The notes under the pieces were generated by a model, which did no database searches, was not told the DNA's origin, and saw nothing but the letters and a program-made list of their open reading frames with translations. Position numbers and translations under genes: made by a program. Shown here piece after piece: positions 15,673 through 25,234 of a stretch of 64,000 nt of DNA. This DNA is from Bacteroidota bacterium (GTDB taxonomy: Bacteria; Bacteroidota; Bacteroidia; Bacteroidales; B39-G9): positions 6,860 through 70,859 of the forward strand of contig JADFUR010000045.1 of assembly GCA_015222055.1 (NCBI GenBank), in the 5' to 3' direction. Every line of letters starts with the position of its first letter. Within the stretch, counting starts at the first letter, position 1.

Positions 15673-16476
15673 ATGAATCCTAAAACATTAATAAAAACTA
15701 GCAATACAATCGGAATAATCTCAATAATCCTTTTGATTTATTGAATATTCGTTTTTATGACCGTTGAAGTCTTTGGACTTAAAGTATTTCGAGAGAATAT
15801 TACCGAGACTTTTTACTTGAGTATATTAGGAATATTAGCATTAATGTTTGGAGCATTAATTATTAATATTATGTTCAATTTGACAAGAATTGCACAAAAA
15901 CATAATAATGACAATGAGTTGTTAAAAAATAAAAAATCAAAAGTTGTAATTATAATTATTATCGTAAGTTTTCCCTTTATACTTGGACTTTTATTTGGCG
16001 GTGACTATTTGACCTCTTAAAAGAAAGAAAAACTATTAATACTATCAGCAGAATCAATAATAACAGACTATTCAATAAAAGCAGATAAACTTGTGAACTA
16101 TTCATTTACTGAAAATTGGATAAATGAAACAGATGAAATTTTGAACATTTTATCTAAAACAAACAAGCATTTCCCTCATATTTCTGTAATAGTGAAAGAT
16201 TCAATTGACGATTCTAAACTGTTCCTTGGATTTAGGAGTTATTATGGATATCTAAGCGTGAACGACACAATTAAACCACATAAAAAGAAATATATTCTTA
16301 AAACAACTAAACCTGAAAGGGACTATTTAAATAAAATCTTTGAATCAAAATTTGACGAAATAAGATTTAGTGCTCACGATGGAAATTACGAATTTTACTA
16401 TCCATACATTAAAGGAGGCAAAATAATAGTTTTATATTTTTCAGACCATAAGAGATATGGAAAGATAGGAAGTTAA
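15673..16476 (+). pseudogene. Membrane protein gene interrupted by two in-frame stops (TGA 15742-15744, TAA 16018-16020)
   Basis: Three consecutive segments share one frame: 15673-15741 (MNPKTLIKTSNTIGIISIILLIY), 15745-16017 and 16021-16476. The track ORFs 15757-16020 and 16093-16476 are the last two pieces. Confidence 0.55.
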
Positions 16477-16482
16477 AAAAAA

Positions 16483-16595
16483 GGCAACCAACACGCAATA
16501 TAAGAAATTAGACGAAAAGTGTTAAATTTGAATGAGATAAGTTGAAAAATTGGGATCTAAAAATACCCAAAATTTCATACAGCCATCCATTAAAA
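16483..16595 (+). repeat. Degenerate attC-like element (site G)
   Basis: The left end GGCAACCAACACGCAATATAAG resembles TGCTAACACACGCTAAATTTAA of site C. The right end CATACAGCCATCCATTAAAAACAACAATAC resembles CATAGCCAAATCGTTAAAAACAATAC of site F. Confidence 0.3.
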
Positions 16596-16613
16596 ACAAC
16601 AATACACCTAAGC

Positions 16614-17251
16614 ATAAAAAAATACATTTTAATATTGTTTTTATCATTCATATGGTTTACAAATATCAAACTGTATAGTTGTGCTATTTTTATGGGGACA
16701 ATAAATAATTTAATGTAGGCAGTAACGAAAATTTAAAAAAAAGCAATTCGCAAGTTTTTATTATCCCTGCCAATAAATATGTATATGCTTTGTTTGGATA
16801 CAATGGTTCTGTTCAATCAGGAGTTAATGAGAAAGGTTTGTTTTGTGATGGGTCTAAGGGCATATCCGTATATTAAAATTAGCAACTTCAATCAAAAACC
16901 AAATATAAACGGAAATGTACTATACAAAATACTTGAACATTGTTCTTCTGTGGATGATGTAATAAAACTTTTTGAAAAATACTATTGGGATGGTTTTCAT
17001 CTGTCACAATGAATGCTTGTTGACAAAATAATATTTTGGCCAAAACTATATACTCCACAATTTTTAATTTAAACAATGGCGATATTCTTATAAGTGTAGA
17101 CGGAAACTTTTCGCAGATTGCAAAAATCAACCTTTTAGAAAAATTAAAAAAAGGCACGCACTCCTATTACTTATCAAATTTAGTTAACTCAACAAATAAA
17201 AACAGGAAGTCAATAATGATTTATGATAAAAAATTTCCGACATCAGATTAG
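16614..17251 (+). pseudogene. Frameshifted Ntn-hydrolase (choloylglycine hydrolase / linear amide C-N hydrolase-like) remnant
   Basis: Signal peptide then nucleophile context ..LYSCAIFMG (frame 0, stop at 16716). The protein continues in another frame, ..FGYNGSVQSGVNEKGLFCDG.., and then in track ORFs 16779-17012 and 17036-17251. At least 3 frame changes. The start codon appears to be ATA. Confidence 0.55.
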
Positions 17252-17499
17252 GATAAACTATTATTAGACAAAGATTGGCAACAAACGGCGAAAAAATGAA
17301 CACCGACAAACATATTGAATAAGAAAAGTTTTTATAAAACCCGCCTCAAAATAAACGACAACGAGTACAAGCTAAGACGCTTTAACCTTTTTAGAAGTCT
17401 TAAAAAAGTGTAGGTTTTTAAATTAATGAAATATATTTATAATAATTTAATTTTTAGGTAACTCCACTTTGCCTAATAACAATTTCTATTAATCCAGAT

Positions 17500-18333
17500 T
17501 TATTCTTTTTGTGATGATTTGTTTTTCAAACAACGGATAGATAAAAAATGTTTTTTATTCGCATGATAACGATATACTCTATTATAATTTTTATGAAGAT
17601 ATCTTTTCCATGCATTATCACCTAATTCGGTTGATGACCAATAATTCGTAAATTTTTCTTTCCCTTGAAATGTTTGAAGATTATAAAATCCTGCCATCAC
17701 TCCATTAAACTTCCCAGTTTTTAAAATAATTGCAGCACTATTGCGTCCTAAAGTATCATATAATGTTTGCCACTCAGAATCCTCTGGCATATGCCAACCA
17801 TCAGGGCAAATTCCCTGAGATTGTTCTTCTTTCATGCCGTCCATAGCAACATCCCATTGATATAATCTCCCATATTTATGAACGTTACAAGTATCATTAT
17901 CATAACAAGCACTTTTTATATCTTTTCCTTTTGGATTTTTTGTAACCTTTAAATTCTCAGCCATCCATACTTGATTGCCAATATTTACAATTTTGTATAT
18001 ATTTCCATCAATATCAACGCAAGGAGGTTTGGGCTGTTTAACTGTAATTGTGTCAATGGCTTTTCCTGTTTTCGAATCTGTTACAGTAACATAATAAATT
18101 CCTGCTTTCACATTTTTTATTTCTGATGTTGTAACTCCGGTTGACCATTTATATATATATGGTGATTTACCGCCAACAACTGATAATTCTACAGATCCGT
18201 TTGAATCACCATATCTTGTAACATCATTAATCTTGGAGCTTATCTTTATTGGAGCTTTTTTAAAGTATTTGCAACCATAAAACGACAAACTAACTATAAA
18301 TAAAAAAAACAGTATTTTTTTTGTGGCTTTCAT
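17500..18333 (-). CDS. Lipoprotein with SprB-type repeat and FISUMP (Fibrobacter succinogenes major paralogous) domain
   Basis: Lipobox SFYGC|K. GDSNGSVELSVVGGKSPYIYKWSTG..YYVTVTD (SprB repeat). IGNQVWMAENL..YGRLYQW..GICPDGWHMPEDSEW (FISUMP). Confidence 0.8.
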   Translation of the reverse strand: MKATKKILFFLFIVSLSFYGCKYFKKAPIKISSKINDVTRYGDSNGSVELSVVGGKSPYIYKWSTGVTTSEIKNVKAGIYYVTVTDSKTGKAIDTITVKQPKPPCVDIDGNIYKIVNIGNQVWMAENLKVTKNPKGKDIKSACYDNDTCNVHKYGRLYQWDVAMDGMKEEQSQGICPDGWHMPEDSEWQTLYDTLGRNSAAIILKTGKFNGVMAGFYNLQTFQGKEKFTNYWSSTELGDNAWKRYLHKNYNRVYRYHANKKHFLSIRCLKNKSSQKE

Positions 18334-18469
18334 TTTTTTAAAATTTTATTATCAATGAAATTAAAATGCTAATTTAATAAAAAGTTTTGATTAATAGATA
18401 ATTATACGGCTATTAATCAAAGAATACTAAAAAAAAGCAGAACGTAGAAACACTAAATTGTCAAATTAT

Positions 18470-19381
18470 CTACTTTTTTGTTAATTCTTGAAAAACTTCT
18501 TCTAAACTTTTTTCTTTTTTTTGCATTGACAATACTACAATTTTATTCTTAACGGCAAAGTCAAAAATATTTGTGCGTATATCATCTTCAATATTACTTT
18601 GCAAAAGCCAATTATTGTCTTTAATGTTTACCACTTTAACAATTCCTTTTATTGTTTCCAGATGTTTTGCTTTTACAGCTTTATTGAATTCCACAATAAT
18701 GGTTTGGTGATTTTTGTTCGATTGTGTATGAATGTTTTGCGTATAATCATTGGCAACAACACTACCTTTATTTATAATGATTATTCGTTGACAAATGGCT
18801 TCAACTTCCTGCATAATATGTGTAGATAACATAACCGTTTTTTCCTTACCTACTTCTGAAATCAAATTACGTATTTCAACAATCTGGTTAGGGTCTAAGC
18901 CTGATGTGGGTTCATCAAGAATTAAAACTTTTGGATTATGAATCATTGCCTGTGCTAAACCAACTCGTTGCTTAAAACCTTTTGACAATGCTCCAATTTT
19001 TTTATTTTGTTCTTCAATAAGCCCTGTTCTTTCAAGCATTTCTTTAATTCGCGATGTCGTGTTTTTTAAATGATATAATCCTGCAACATATTCAAGATAT
19101 TCTTTTACATACATATCATGATAAAGAGGATTGTTTTCAGGGAGATAACCAATATTTTTTCTAACTTGCATTGACTTCTCAACAACATCACACCCATTAA
19201 CAGAAACATCGCCTGAAGTTTGAGGAATGAATCCTGTAATAATTTTCATCATAGTTGATTTCCCAGCACCATTCGGACCAATAAATCCAACTATCTCTCC
19301 TGTTTTGATTTCAAAAGTTACATTGTTTAAAGCCTTTTGTTTGCCATAAATTTTAGTAACATCTTTTACAATTATTGACAT
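18470..19381 (-). CDS. gldA: ABC transporter ATP-binding protein, GldA-like (gliding-motility-associated)
   Basis: 303 aa. Walker A GPNGAGKST, signature LSKGFKQR, Walker B LILDEPTSGLD. Length and N-terminus resemble GldA; the symbol is tentative. Confidence 0.6.
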   Translation of the reverse strand: MSIIVKDVTKIYGKQKALNNVTFEIKTGEIVGFIGPNGAGKSTMMKIITGFIPQTSGDVSVNGCDVVEKSMQVRKNIGYLPENNPLYHDMYVKEYLEYVAGLYHLKNTTSRIKEMLERTGLIEEQNKKIGALSKGFKQRVGLAQAMIHNPKVLILDEPTSGLDPNQIVEIRNLISEVGKEKTVMLSTHIMQEVEAICQRIIIINKGSVVANDYTQNIHTQSNKNHQTIIVEFNKAVKAKHLETIKGIVKVVNIKDNNWLLQSNIEDDIRTNIFDFAVKNKIVVLSMQKKEKSLEEVFQELTKK

Positions 19382-19469
19382 TTGAATAATTTTACTTTTA
19401 AAACGACAAATTTAAGAATTTTGTATGTAAATTTGATAATATTAATTTATCATTTTAAAACCTGAGATA

Positions 19470-20414
19470 ATGGCAACTTTTATAGCTCTAATAATAGCTA
19501 TTTTATTACAACTTATTGCTGCAATTATAGCTGTTGGCTTAATAAAAAAAACCAAATTCAATATATCATGGATATTAATATCTATTGGCTTAATTTTTAT
19601 GGCAATAAGACGTTTTTTTGAAATAATGCCTTTTTTATTTGAAGATTTTGTGCCAGAAACAGAATTAATAAATCGTTGGATTGGAATTACCATTTCAGTA
19701 GTTATATCTGTAGGAATAATATTTATTAGAAAAATATTCAAATTCTTGGGACAAGCACAAGAAGAAAATATTGAATATGAAAAAATTGTATTAGCAGCTA
19801 TAATACAAACTGAAGAAAAAGAAAGAAAACGTTTCGCTAAAGAGTTACACGACGGATTAGGACCTTTGTTATCAACAGTAAAAATGTCGATGTCTGCTTT
19901 ATCGCAAATTGAACATGATGAAAAAAGTAAAAAAATTATCACCAACACAGAACACGTTTTAAATGAGGCGATTAGCAGTATTAAGGAAATCTCAAATAAT
20001 CTTAGTCCACATATCTTAAATAATTTTGGTTTAGCAAGTGCAACAAATAATTTTTGTAATAAGATAAACCAGACAAAAAAAATTAATATTGATTTTAAAT
20101 CAAATATATCAAAAGAACGTTTTAATAGTAATATTGAATTAATTTTATACCGTGTTGTTTGTGAACTCATTAATAACACAACCACACACTCAGGGGCTCA
20201 AAATATTAAAATAAACCTCTCTCGCTACTCAAAAATTTTAACCATACAATATTCCGACGACGGAAAAGGTTTTGATATTGAGAGAATTGAAAACACAAGA
20301 ACAGGTATGGGCTTATCAAATATAAAATCTCGAATAAAATCAATAAACGGAGTTTGCTTTATTGAAAGTAGTGAAGGAAATGGTTTTAATGCTTTAATAA
20401 AAGTTAATGTTTAA
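19470..20414 (+). CDS. Membrane sensor histidine kinase, HisKA_3/NarX-DegS type
   Basis: N-terminal TM segments. H-box FAKELHDGLGPLLS. C-terminal HATPase (GMGLSNIKSRI). The antisense ORF 19442-20185 is rejected. Confidence 0.85.
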   Translation: MATFIALIIAILLQLIAAIIAVGLIKKTKFNISWILISIGLIFMAIRRFFEIMPFLFEDFVPETELINRWIGITISVVISVGIIFIRKIFKFLGQAQEENIEYEKIVLAAIIQTEEKERKRFAKELHDGLGPLLSTVKMSMSALSQIEHDEKSKKIITNTEHVLNEAISSIKEISNNLSPHILNNFGLASATNNFCNKINQTKKINIDFKSNISKERFNSNIELILYRVVCELINNTTTHSGAQNIKINLSRYSKILTIQYSDDGKGFDIERIENTRTGMGLSNIKSRIKSINGVCFIESSEGNGFNALIKVNV

Positions 20415-20439
20415 TTTCTATTAAAAATAATTTTTTTAT

Positions 20440-21087
20440 ATGAAGAATCAAATTAATATAATTATTGTTGATGATCACTCATTGTTTAGAAACGGACTAA
20501 AAATACTCTTAAATAATATTGAAAATATTAATGTTGTTGCCGAAGCTCCCAATGGCAAAGAATATCTTGATGAAATAGAAAAAATTGATGCCGATATTGT
20601 CCTAATGGATATTAATATGCCTGTAATGGACGGTATTGAAGCAACGAAAAAATCGCTTGAAAAATTTCCGAATTTGAAAATTATTGCACTTTCAATGTAT
20701 GGCGATGCTGAATATTACTACAAAATGATTGATGCTGGGGTTAAAGGTTTCTTGTTAAAAAACTCTGATATTAAAGAAGTTATTGATGCAATAAAAAAAG
20801 TTAATAATGGGGAAAATTACTTTTCTCAAGAATTATTATACAATGTAGTAAAAAATATTAGCCCAACGGAAAAAACCAATAAACAACAAATAAAATTATC
20901 AAAAAGAGAACTCGAAGTGTTGAGAGAAATATGCAAAGGGTTCTCTAATCAAGAGATTGCAGATGAATTGTCTATTAGTAAAAGAACGGTTGATAAACAC
21001 CGAGCAAACTTACTAAGCAAAACGCAATCGAAAAACACAGCAAGCCTTGTTATGTATGCAATAGAAAACAAGCTGGTTGACATGTAA
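20440..21087 (+). CDS. NarL/LuxR-family response regulator
   Basis: REC domain (IIIVDDH..DIVLMDINMP..ALS). C-terminal LuxR HTH (LSKRELEVLREICKGFSNQEIADELSISKRTVDKH). Confidence 0.9.
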   Translation: MKNQINIIIVDDHSLFRNGLKILLNNIENINVVAEAPNGKEYLDEIEKIDADIVLMDINMPVMDGIEATKKSLEKFPNLKIIALSMYGDAEYYYKMIDAGVKGFLLKNSDIKEVIDAIKKVNNGENYFSQELLYNVVKNISPTEKTNKQQIKLSKRELEVLREICKGFSNQEIADELSISKRTVDKHRANLLSKTQSKNTASLVMYAIENKLVDM

Positions 21088-21333
21088 TTAGAAACCAAAT
21101 GATATTATATCCTTTCAAAATTGCATTCTCTGGGATTAAAAAAGTTCCGCTCAATAATAATAAATTTTCGTGCCACAACTAAGTAAAAATACTACCATCA
21201 AATTACGCCTTTAAGCTGTTTTTTAACCTTTCTCTTATTAATAATTTTGCATTGATATATAGAACCTAAAATTTCTTAATAGGAGGAATATACTAAACGC
21301 AAAAAACTCAGCTATTTGCCTGAATTATAATAC

Positions 21334-22353
21334 ATGAAATTTATGAAAATCCGAGTATTCTTTTTTATGCCTTTAATAATGATATTTAGTGTTTCATTAG
21401 CACAAACACAAAACCCTGAAGAAAAAAAAGACTTTAAACCTTCGGGCTCTCCGTTTATAACGGTTTTTAGTAATTTTAATGCAGATCTAACCAAAGACAA
21501 TGAAAGCTCTGCTTTTGAATTATCCAGAGCATATTTGGGTTATAAGTGTAATATGAGTGAAAATTTTTCTGCCAAATTGACTTTTGATGTTGGAAATCCA
21601 AAAAACACATCTGCTTTAAAAATGACTGCTTTTGTAAAAGCGGCAACTTTAACCTACAAAAATAACAAAGGGAATCTTTCCGCCAATTTTGGAATAATTT
21701 GCTTAAACGGTTTTAGTCTTCAAAGAAAATATTGGGAACGTCGATATATTTATAAAACTATTCAAAACCAAAATAAATTTGGATACACGGCTGATTTGGG
21801 AGCAAGTATCTCATACCGGTTTAACAAACTGATAAGCATCGATGCAGCGGTTATGAATGGTGAAGGATATAAAAATATTCAAACAGATAATACATATAAA
21901 GGAGGTTTTGGTTTTACAATATCGCCCACAAAATGTTTGGTAATAAGAGAATATGCTGATTTATCACAAAAGACAGAAGCACAATATACTATTTCAAATT
22001 TTATTGGATACAAAATAAAAAACAAATTAACGCTTGGAGCAGAATATGTAATACAAAACAATCATAATTTTATGTCAGATAATAATCTGAGTGGGTTCTC
22101 TGCTTTCTTTTCTTATGATATTAATAAAAAAATTCAGCTTTTTGGGAGATTTGACAATTTGTCTTCAAACAAGATTAACGATGAATTATATGATTGGAAC
22201 ATTGCAAAAGATGGAAAAACAATTATTGGGGGTATTCAATATTCTCCTATTAAAAAAATTAAAATTGCTGCTAATTATCAATTCAGAGAACCTGAGTTAT
22301 CAAGCTTAAATAATGAACAAAAAATTTACTTAAACATTGAATATAAATTCTAA
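21334..22353 (+). CDS. Outer-membrane porin, probably the phosphate-selective (OprO/P-like) class
   Basis: Signal peptide ..SVSLAQ. Beta-strand-like alternation. Ends in ..YLNIEYKF (C-terminal Phe). Sits directly upstream of pstSCAB. Confidence 0.6.
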   Translation: MKFMKIRVFFFMPLIMIFSVSLAQTQNPEEKKDFKPSGSPFITVFSNFNADLTKDNESSAFELSRAYLGYKCNMSENFSAKLTFDVGNPKNTSALKMTAFVKAATLTYKNNKGNLSANFGIICLNGFSLQRKYWERRYIYKTIQNQNKFGYTADLGASISYRFNKLISIDAAVMNGEGYKNIQTDNTYKGGFGFTISPTKCLVIREYADLSQKTEAQYTISNFIGYKIKNKLTLGAEYVIQNNHNFMSDNNLSGFSAFFSYDINKKIQLFGRFDNLSSNKINDELYDWNIAKDGKTIIGGIQYSPIKKIKIAANYQFREPELSSLNNEQKIYLNIEYKF

Positions 22354-22365
22354 AAATATTTAATT

Positions 22366-23361
22366 ATGAAAAAAACAGATTTCTTTTTAAAATTAGCAAT
22401 AATTGCTATTGCCGGCTGTCTGGCCTTGTTTTTTACCGAATGCAAAAACAACAAATCAAAACAGGGAATCAACAGTAATGACACATTAAAAGGTACAATA
22501 AACATTTCAGGAGCTTTTGCTTTATACCCAATGACAACAAAATGGTCAGATGAATTTCGCAAAATACACCCAAATGTTAAAATAAACATTTCGGGAGGTG
22601 GTGCTGGTAAAGGTATGGTTGATGCTCTATCTGGAATGGCTGACCTAGGAATGTTCTCAAGAGATGTTAAAAAGGAAGAACAAGAAAAAGGTTGCTGGGA
22701 AATCAACGTAACAAAAGACGCTGTTTTATCAACAATTAACTCAAAAAACCCAATAATAAAAGAGTTGAAAAATAAAGGACTAACCAAAGAGGTGTTTTAT
22801 AAAATTTTTATTTCGGGAGAAATAAATGATTGGGGAACAGCTATTGGAAATAAAAATATTAAAAATAAAATTAACATCTATACTCGTTCTGACGCCTGTG
22901 GTGCAGCACAAAAATGGGCTGAATTTTTAGGTAAAAACCAAGAAGATTTATTGGGAATTGGTGTTAATGCAGACCCCGGTGTAGCTGGTGCTGTAAAAAA
23001 AGACGTTTGTGCAATCGGTTATAACAATAAAATATTTATTTATAATATACAAACAAATAAAAAATATGAAGGCTTAGAGGTTATCCCTATTGATATTAAC
23101 GAAAATGGAGTTATTGATGCTGATGAAAATTTTTATGACAGTGCTGATGAAATAGCAAATGCAATAAAAGAAGGCAAATATCCTTCACCTCCGGCAAGAA
23201 GACTTTCTTTTGTTTCTAATGGAACACCAAAAAACAAAACTGCTGTTGAATTTTTGAAATGGATTCTTACAGATGGTCAAAAATATGTAAGCGAATCTGG
23301 ATATATTCAATTACCCGAAGACGAAATTAAATTAGAACTTGAAAAACTTACACTTAAATAA
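22366..23361 (+). CDS. pstS: Phosphate ABC transporter substrate-binding lipoprotein
   Basis: Lipobox region IAGCLALFFTEC. ISGGGAGKG motif. Operon context with pstCAB. Confidence 0.85.
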   Translation: MKKTDFFLKLAIIAIAGCLALFFTECKNNKSKQGINSNDTLKGTINISGAFALYPMTTKWSDEFRKIHPNVKINISGGGAGKGMVDALSGMADLGMFSRDVKKEEQEKGCWEINVTKDAVLSTINSKNPIIKELKNKGLTKEVFYKIFISGEINDWGTAIGNKNIKNKINIYTRSDACGAAQKWAEFLGKNQEDLLGIGVNADPGVAGAVKKDVCAIGYNNKIFIYNIQTNKKYEGLEVIPIDINENGVIDADENFYDSADEIANAIKEGKYPSPPARRLSFVSNGTPKNKTAVEFLKWILTDGQKYVSESGYIQLPEDEIKLELEKLTLK

Positions 23362-23396
23362 AAAATTAATCTAAATAAATTTCATATTTTTTCATT

Positions 23397-24287
23397 ATGA
23401 ATTGTTCATTTTACAGATCTTTACGAAACAATATTAGTTCAGCTTGGATGTTGTCTTGTCTTTTATTCGTAATGACCATACCATTATTAATTGGAATAGG
23501 TTTGTTTTTAAAATCATCATTATTACTTGAGAACAATTCAATTCTTACTTTATTGTTTTCGAAAACATGGAAACCTCTTAATCAAAATTTTGGATTTTAC
23601 CCATTTATCATAAGCTCAATATGGGTAACTTTAACAGCAATAGTAATAGCCGCTCCAATTTGTTTGTTAACCGCCATTTATCTTACACAATACTCAAAAA
23701 AATATTTTTTGAAAATAATGCATCCTGTAATTGACATTCTTGCGGGAATTCCTTCGGTTGTATATGGAGTGTGTGGTGTTTTAATAATTGTGCCTTTTAT
23801 CTCTGAAATAGCAACAATTTTTGGCAAACATTCATCGGGTTACACAATATTATCGGGAGGAATAGTATTATCAATAATGATTACTCCTTTTATTTTGAAT
23901 ATCCTTATTGAAATTTTTAAAAATATTCCAGATGAATTACAAGAAGCCTCATTATCATTAGGTGCAACAAAATGGGAAACCATAAAATTTGTATTAATAA
24001 AAAAAGCATCTCCGGGAATAATATCTTCTATTGGATTAGGAATTTCAAGGGCTTTTGGCGAAACAATGGCAGTATTAATGGTAGTCGGAAATGTTGCAAA
24101 AATTCCGAACAATGTTTTAGACCCGGGATATCCTTTGCCAGCTTTAATTGCTAATAATTATGGTGAAATGTTATCTATTCCAATGTACGATTCGGCTCTT
24201 ATGTTTAGTGCCTTAATACTTTTTGTTGTAGTATTATTTTTCAATATAATCTCAAGGCTTATAATTACTAAATTGGAAATTTATTAA
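23397..24287 (+). CDS. pstC: Phosphate ABC transporter permease PstC
   Basis: Six TM segments. EAA-type loop ELQEASLSLGATKWETI. Confidence 0.85.
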   Translation: MNCSFYRSLRNNISSAWMLSCLLFVMTIPLLIGIGLFLKSSLLLENNSILTLLFSKTWKPLNQNFGFYPFIISSIWVTLTAIVIAAPICLLTAIYLTQYSKKYFLKIMHPVIDILAGIPSVVYGVCGVLIIVPFISEIATIFGKHSSGYTILSGGIVLSIMITPFILNILIEIFKNIPDELQEASLSLGATKWETIKFVLIKKASPGIISSIGLGISRAFGETMAVLMVVGNVAKIPNNVLDPGYPLPALIANNYGEMLSIPMYDSALMFSALILFVVVLFFNIISRLIITKLEIY

Positions 24288-25228
24288 TGATGACAAAAAA
24301 AACAGAAGAAAAAATTTTTAAAGTATTAATGATTTTATCAACATCAATTATAATTTGTTGTTTGTTGTTAATAATGGGAACCGTTCTTATTAAAGGCCTG
24401 CCAACATTATCTATAGAAATGTTGACAGAAGTTCCTCAAGGAGGATATTACTTTGGAAAAGGAGGCGGTATTTTAAACGCTATTGTTGGCTCTTTGTATC
24501 TATCTCTTGGGGCTACTTTTTTAGCATTTTTAATTGCCCTGCCTGTTTCTCTTTATATGAATGTCTATTTAATAAATAAAAACAAACTACTTAATTTAAT
24601 ACGATATCTGTTAGATTTGCTTTGGGGAGTGCCTTCAATAGTATATGGTGCTTTTGGTTTTATTATAATGGTTTATTTCGGTCTCAGAACTTCTCTGTTG
24701 GCAGGAATTATTACTGTTGCACTTTTTATTATCCCGATTATGATTCGGGCAATGGATGAAGTATTTAAAACTGTACCGCGTGGACTTATCGAAGCTGCTT
24801 TTTCTTTAGGTTCAACAAAATCAGAAACTGCTTTTAAAGTCTTTTTTAAGCAGGTCGTTCCTAGCGTTGTAACTGCTGTTTTATTATCTTTTGGAAGAGC
24901 AATTGGTGATGCAGCATCTATCCTATTTACTGCTGGATATACTGACAGTATACCAACTTCCCTTCTTGAGCCAACAGCGACATTGCCTCTTGCAGTATTT
25001 TTCCAATTAAGTTCCCCAATTCCTGAAGTACAAAACAGGGCTTATGCTTCAGCATTGGTTTTAATACTAATAATACTAATTATTAGTGTGTTGGCTAGAA
25101 TCATTGCAAATAAAAATAATATAAAAACTGTTGTTAATAAACGATTTATATATTATAAAAATATACGGAATAATTACAACCTGTCATACAAAAAGCGAGC
25201 AAAGACAAAAAATAAATTAAAATATTAA
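24287..25228 (+). CDS. pstA: Phosphate ABC transporter permease PstA, with a Lys-rich C-terminal tail
   Basis: TAATG overlap with pstC. GLIEAAFSLGSTKSET loop. The last ~45 aa are basic (..YKKRAKTKNKLKY). Confidence 0.85.
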   Translation: MMTKKTEEKIFKVLMILSTSIIICCLLLIMGTVLIKGLPTLSIEMLTEVPQGGYYFGKGGGILNAIVGSLYLSLGATFLAFLIALPVSLYMNVYLINKNKLLNLIRYLLDLLWGVPSIVYGAFGFIIMVYFGLRTSLLAGIITVALFIIPIMIRAMDEVFKTVPRGLIEAAFSLGSTKSETAFKVFFKQVVPSVVTAVLLSFGRAIGDAASILFTAGYTDSIPTSLLEPTATLPLAVFFQLSSPIPEVQNRAYASALVLILIILIISVLARIIANKNNIKTVVNKRFIYYKNIRNNYNLSYKKRAKTKNKLKY

Positions 25229-25234
25229 CTTACA

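Larger units (their letters stand above)
3946..17478 (+). mobile_element. Accessory island: putative integron-type cassette array without a linked integrase (CALIN-like), partly degenerate
   Basis: Contains attC-like sites at 6142-6332, 6917-7050 and 13138-13325, plus degenerate ones. Shows cassette-end complementarity, five promoter repeats, heterogeneous unrelated cargo genes and two pseudogenes. Flanked by core genes (ribE side and gldA side). Confidence 0.45.

Noticed and set aside
13674-16020. Alternative genetic code (TGA read as a sense codon) as the explanation for the in-frame TGAs at 13674-13676 and 15742-15744
   Set aside because: Well-conserved genes terminate at their expected ends with TGA: dxs at 35323-35325, the acyl-CoA ligase at 42580-42582, the LytTR regulator at 60385-60387 and the ABC ATPase at 4805-4807. 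The second interruption in the 15673-16476 gene is a TAA. Both cases also lie in an island with another clearly frameshifted gene. Pseudogenisation is the simpler reading.
3946-17478. Calling the island an ICE, transposon or prophage
   Set aside because: The window holds no integrase, transposase, conjugation, phage structural or replication genes, and no long terminal direct or inverted repeats at the island edges.
19442-20185. 247-aa minus-strand ORF
   Set aside because: It is antisense to a histidine kinase gene with clear H-box and ATPase motifs. Its low-complexity hydrophobic translation is typical of shadow ORFs in AT-rich DNA. The same reasoning applies to the other short antisense ORFs nested in ispG, pst, dxs, rnr, fadD, the ABC genes and others.
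19470-21087. Annotating the two-component pair upstream of pst as PhoR/PhoB
   Set aside because: The kinase has a HisKA_3 (HDGLG) H-box and the regulator a LuxR-type HTH, not the OmpR/PhoB winged helix. Adjacency alone does not justify the names.
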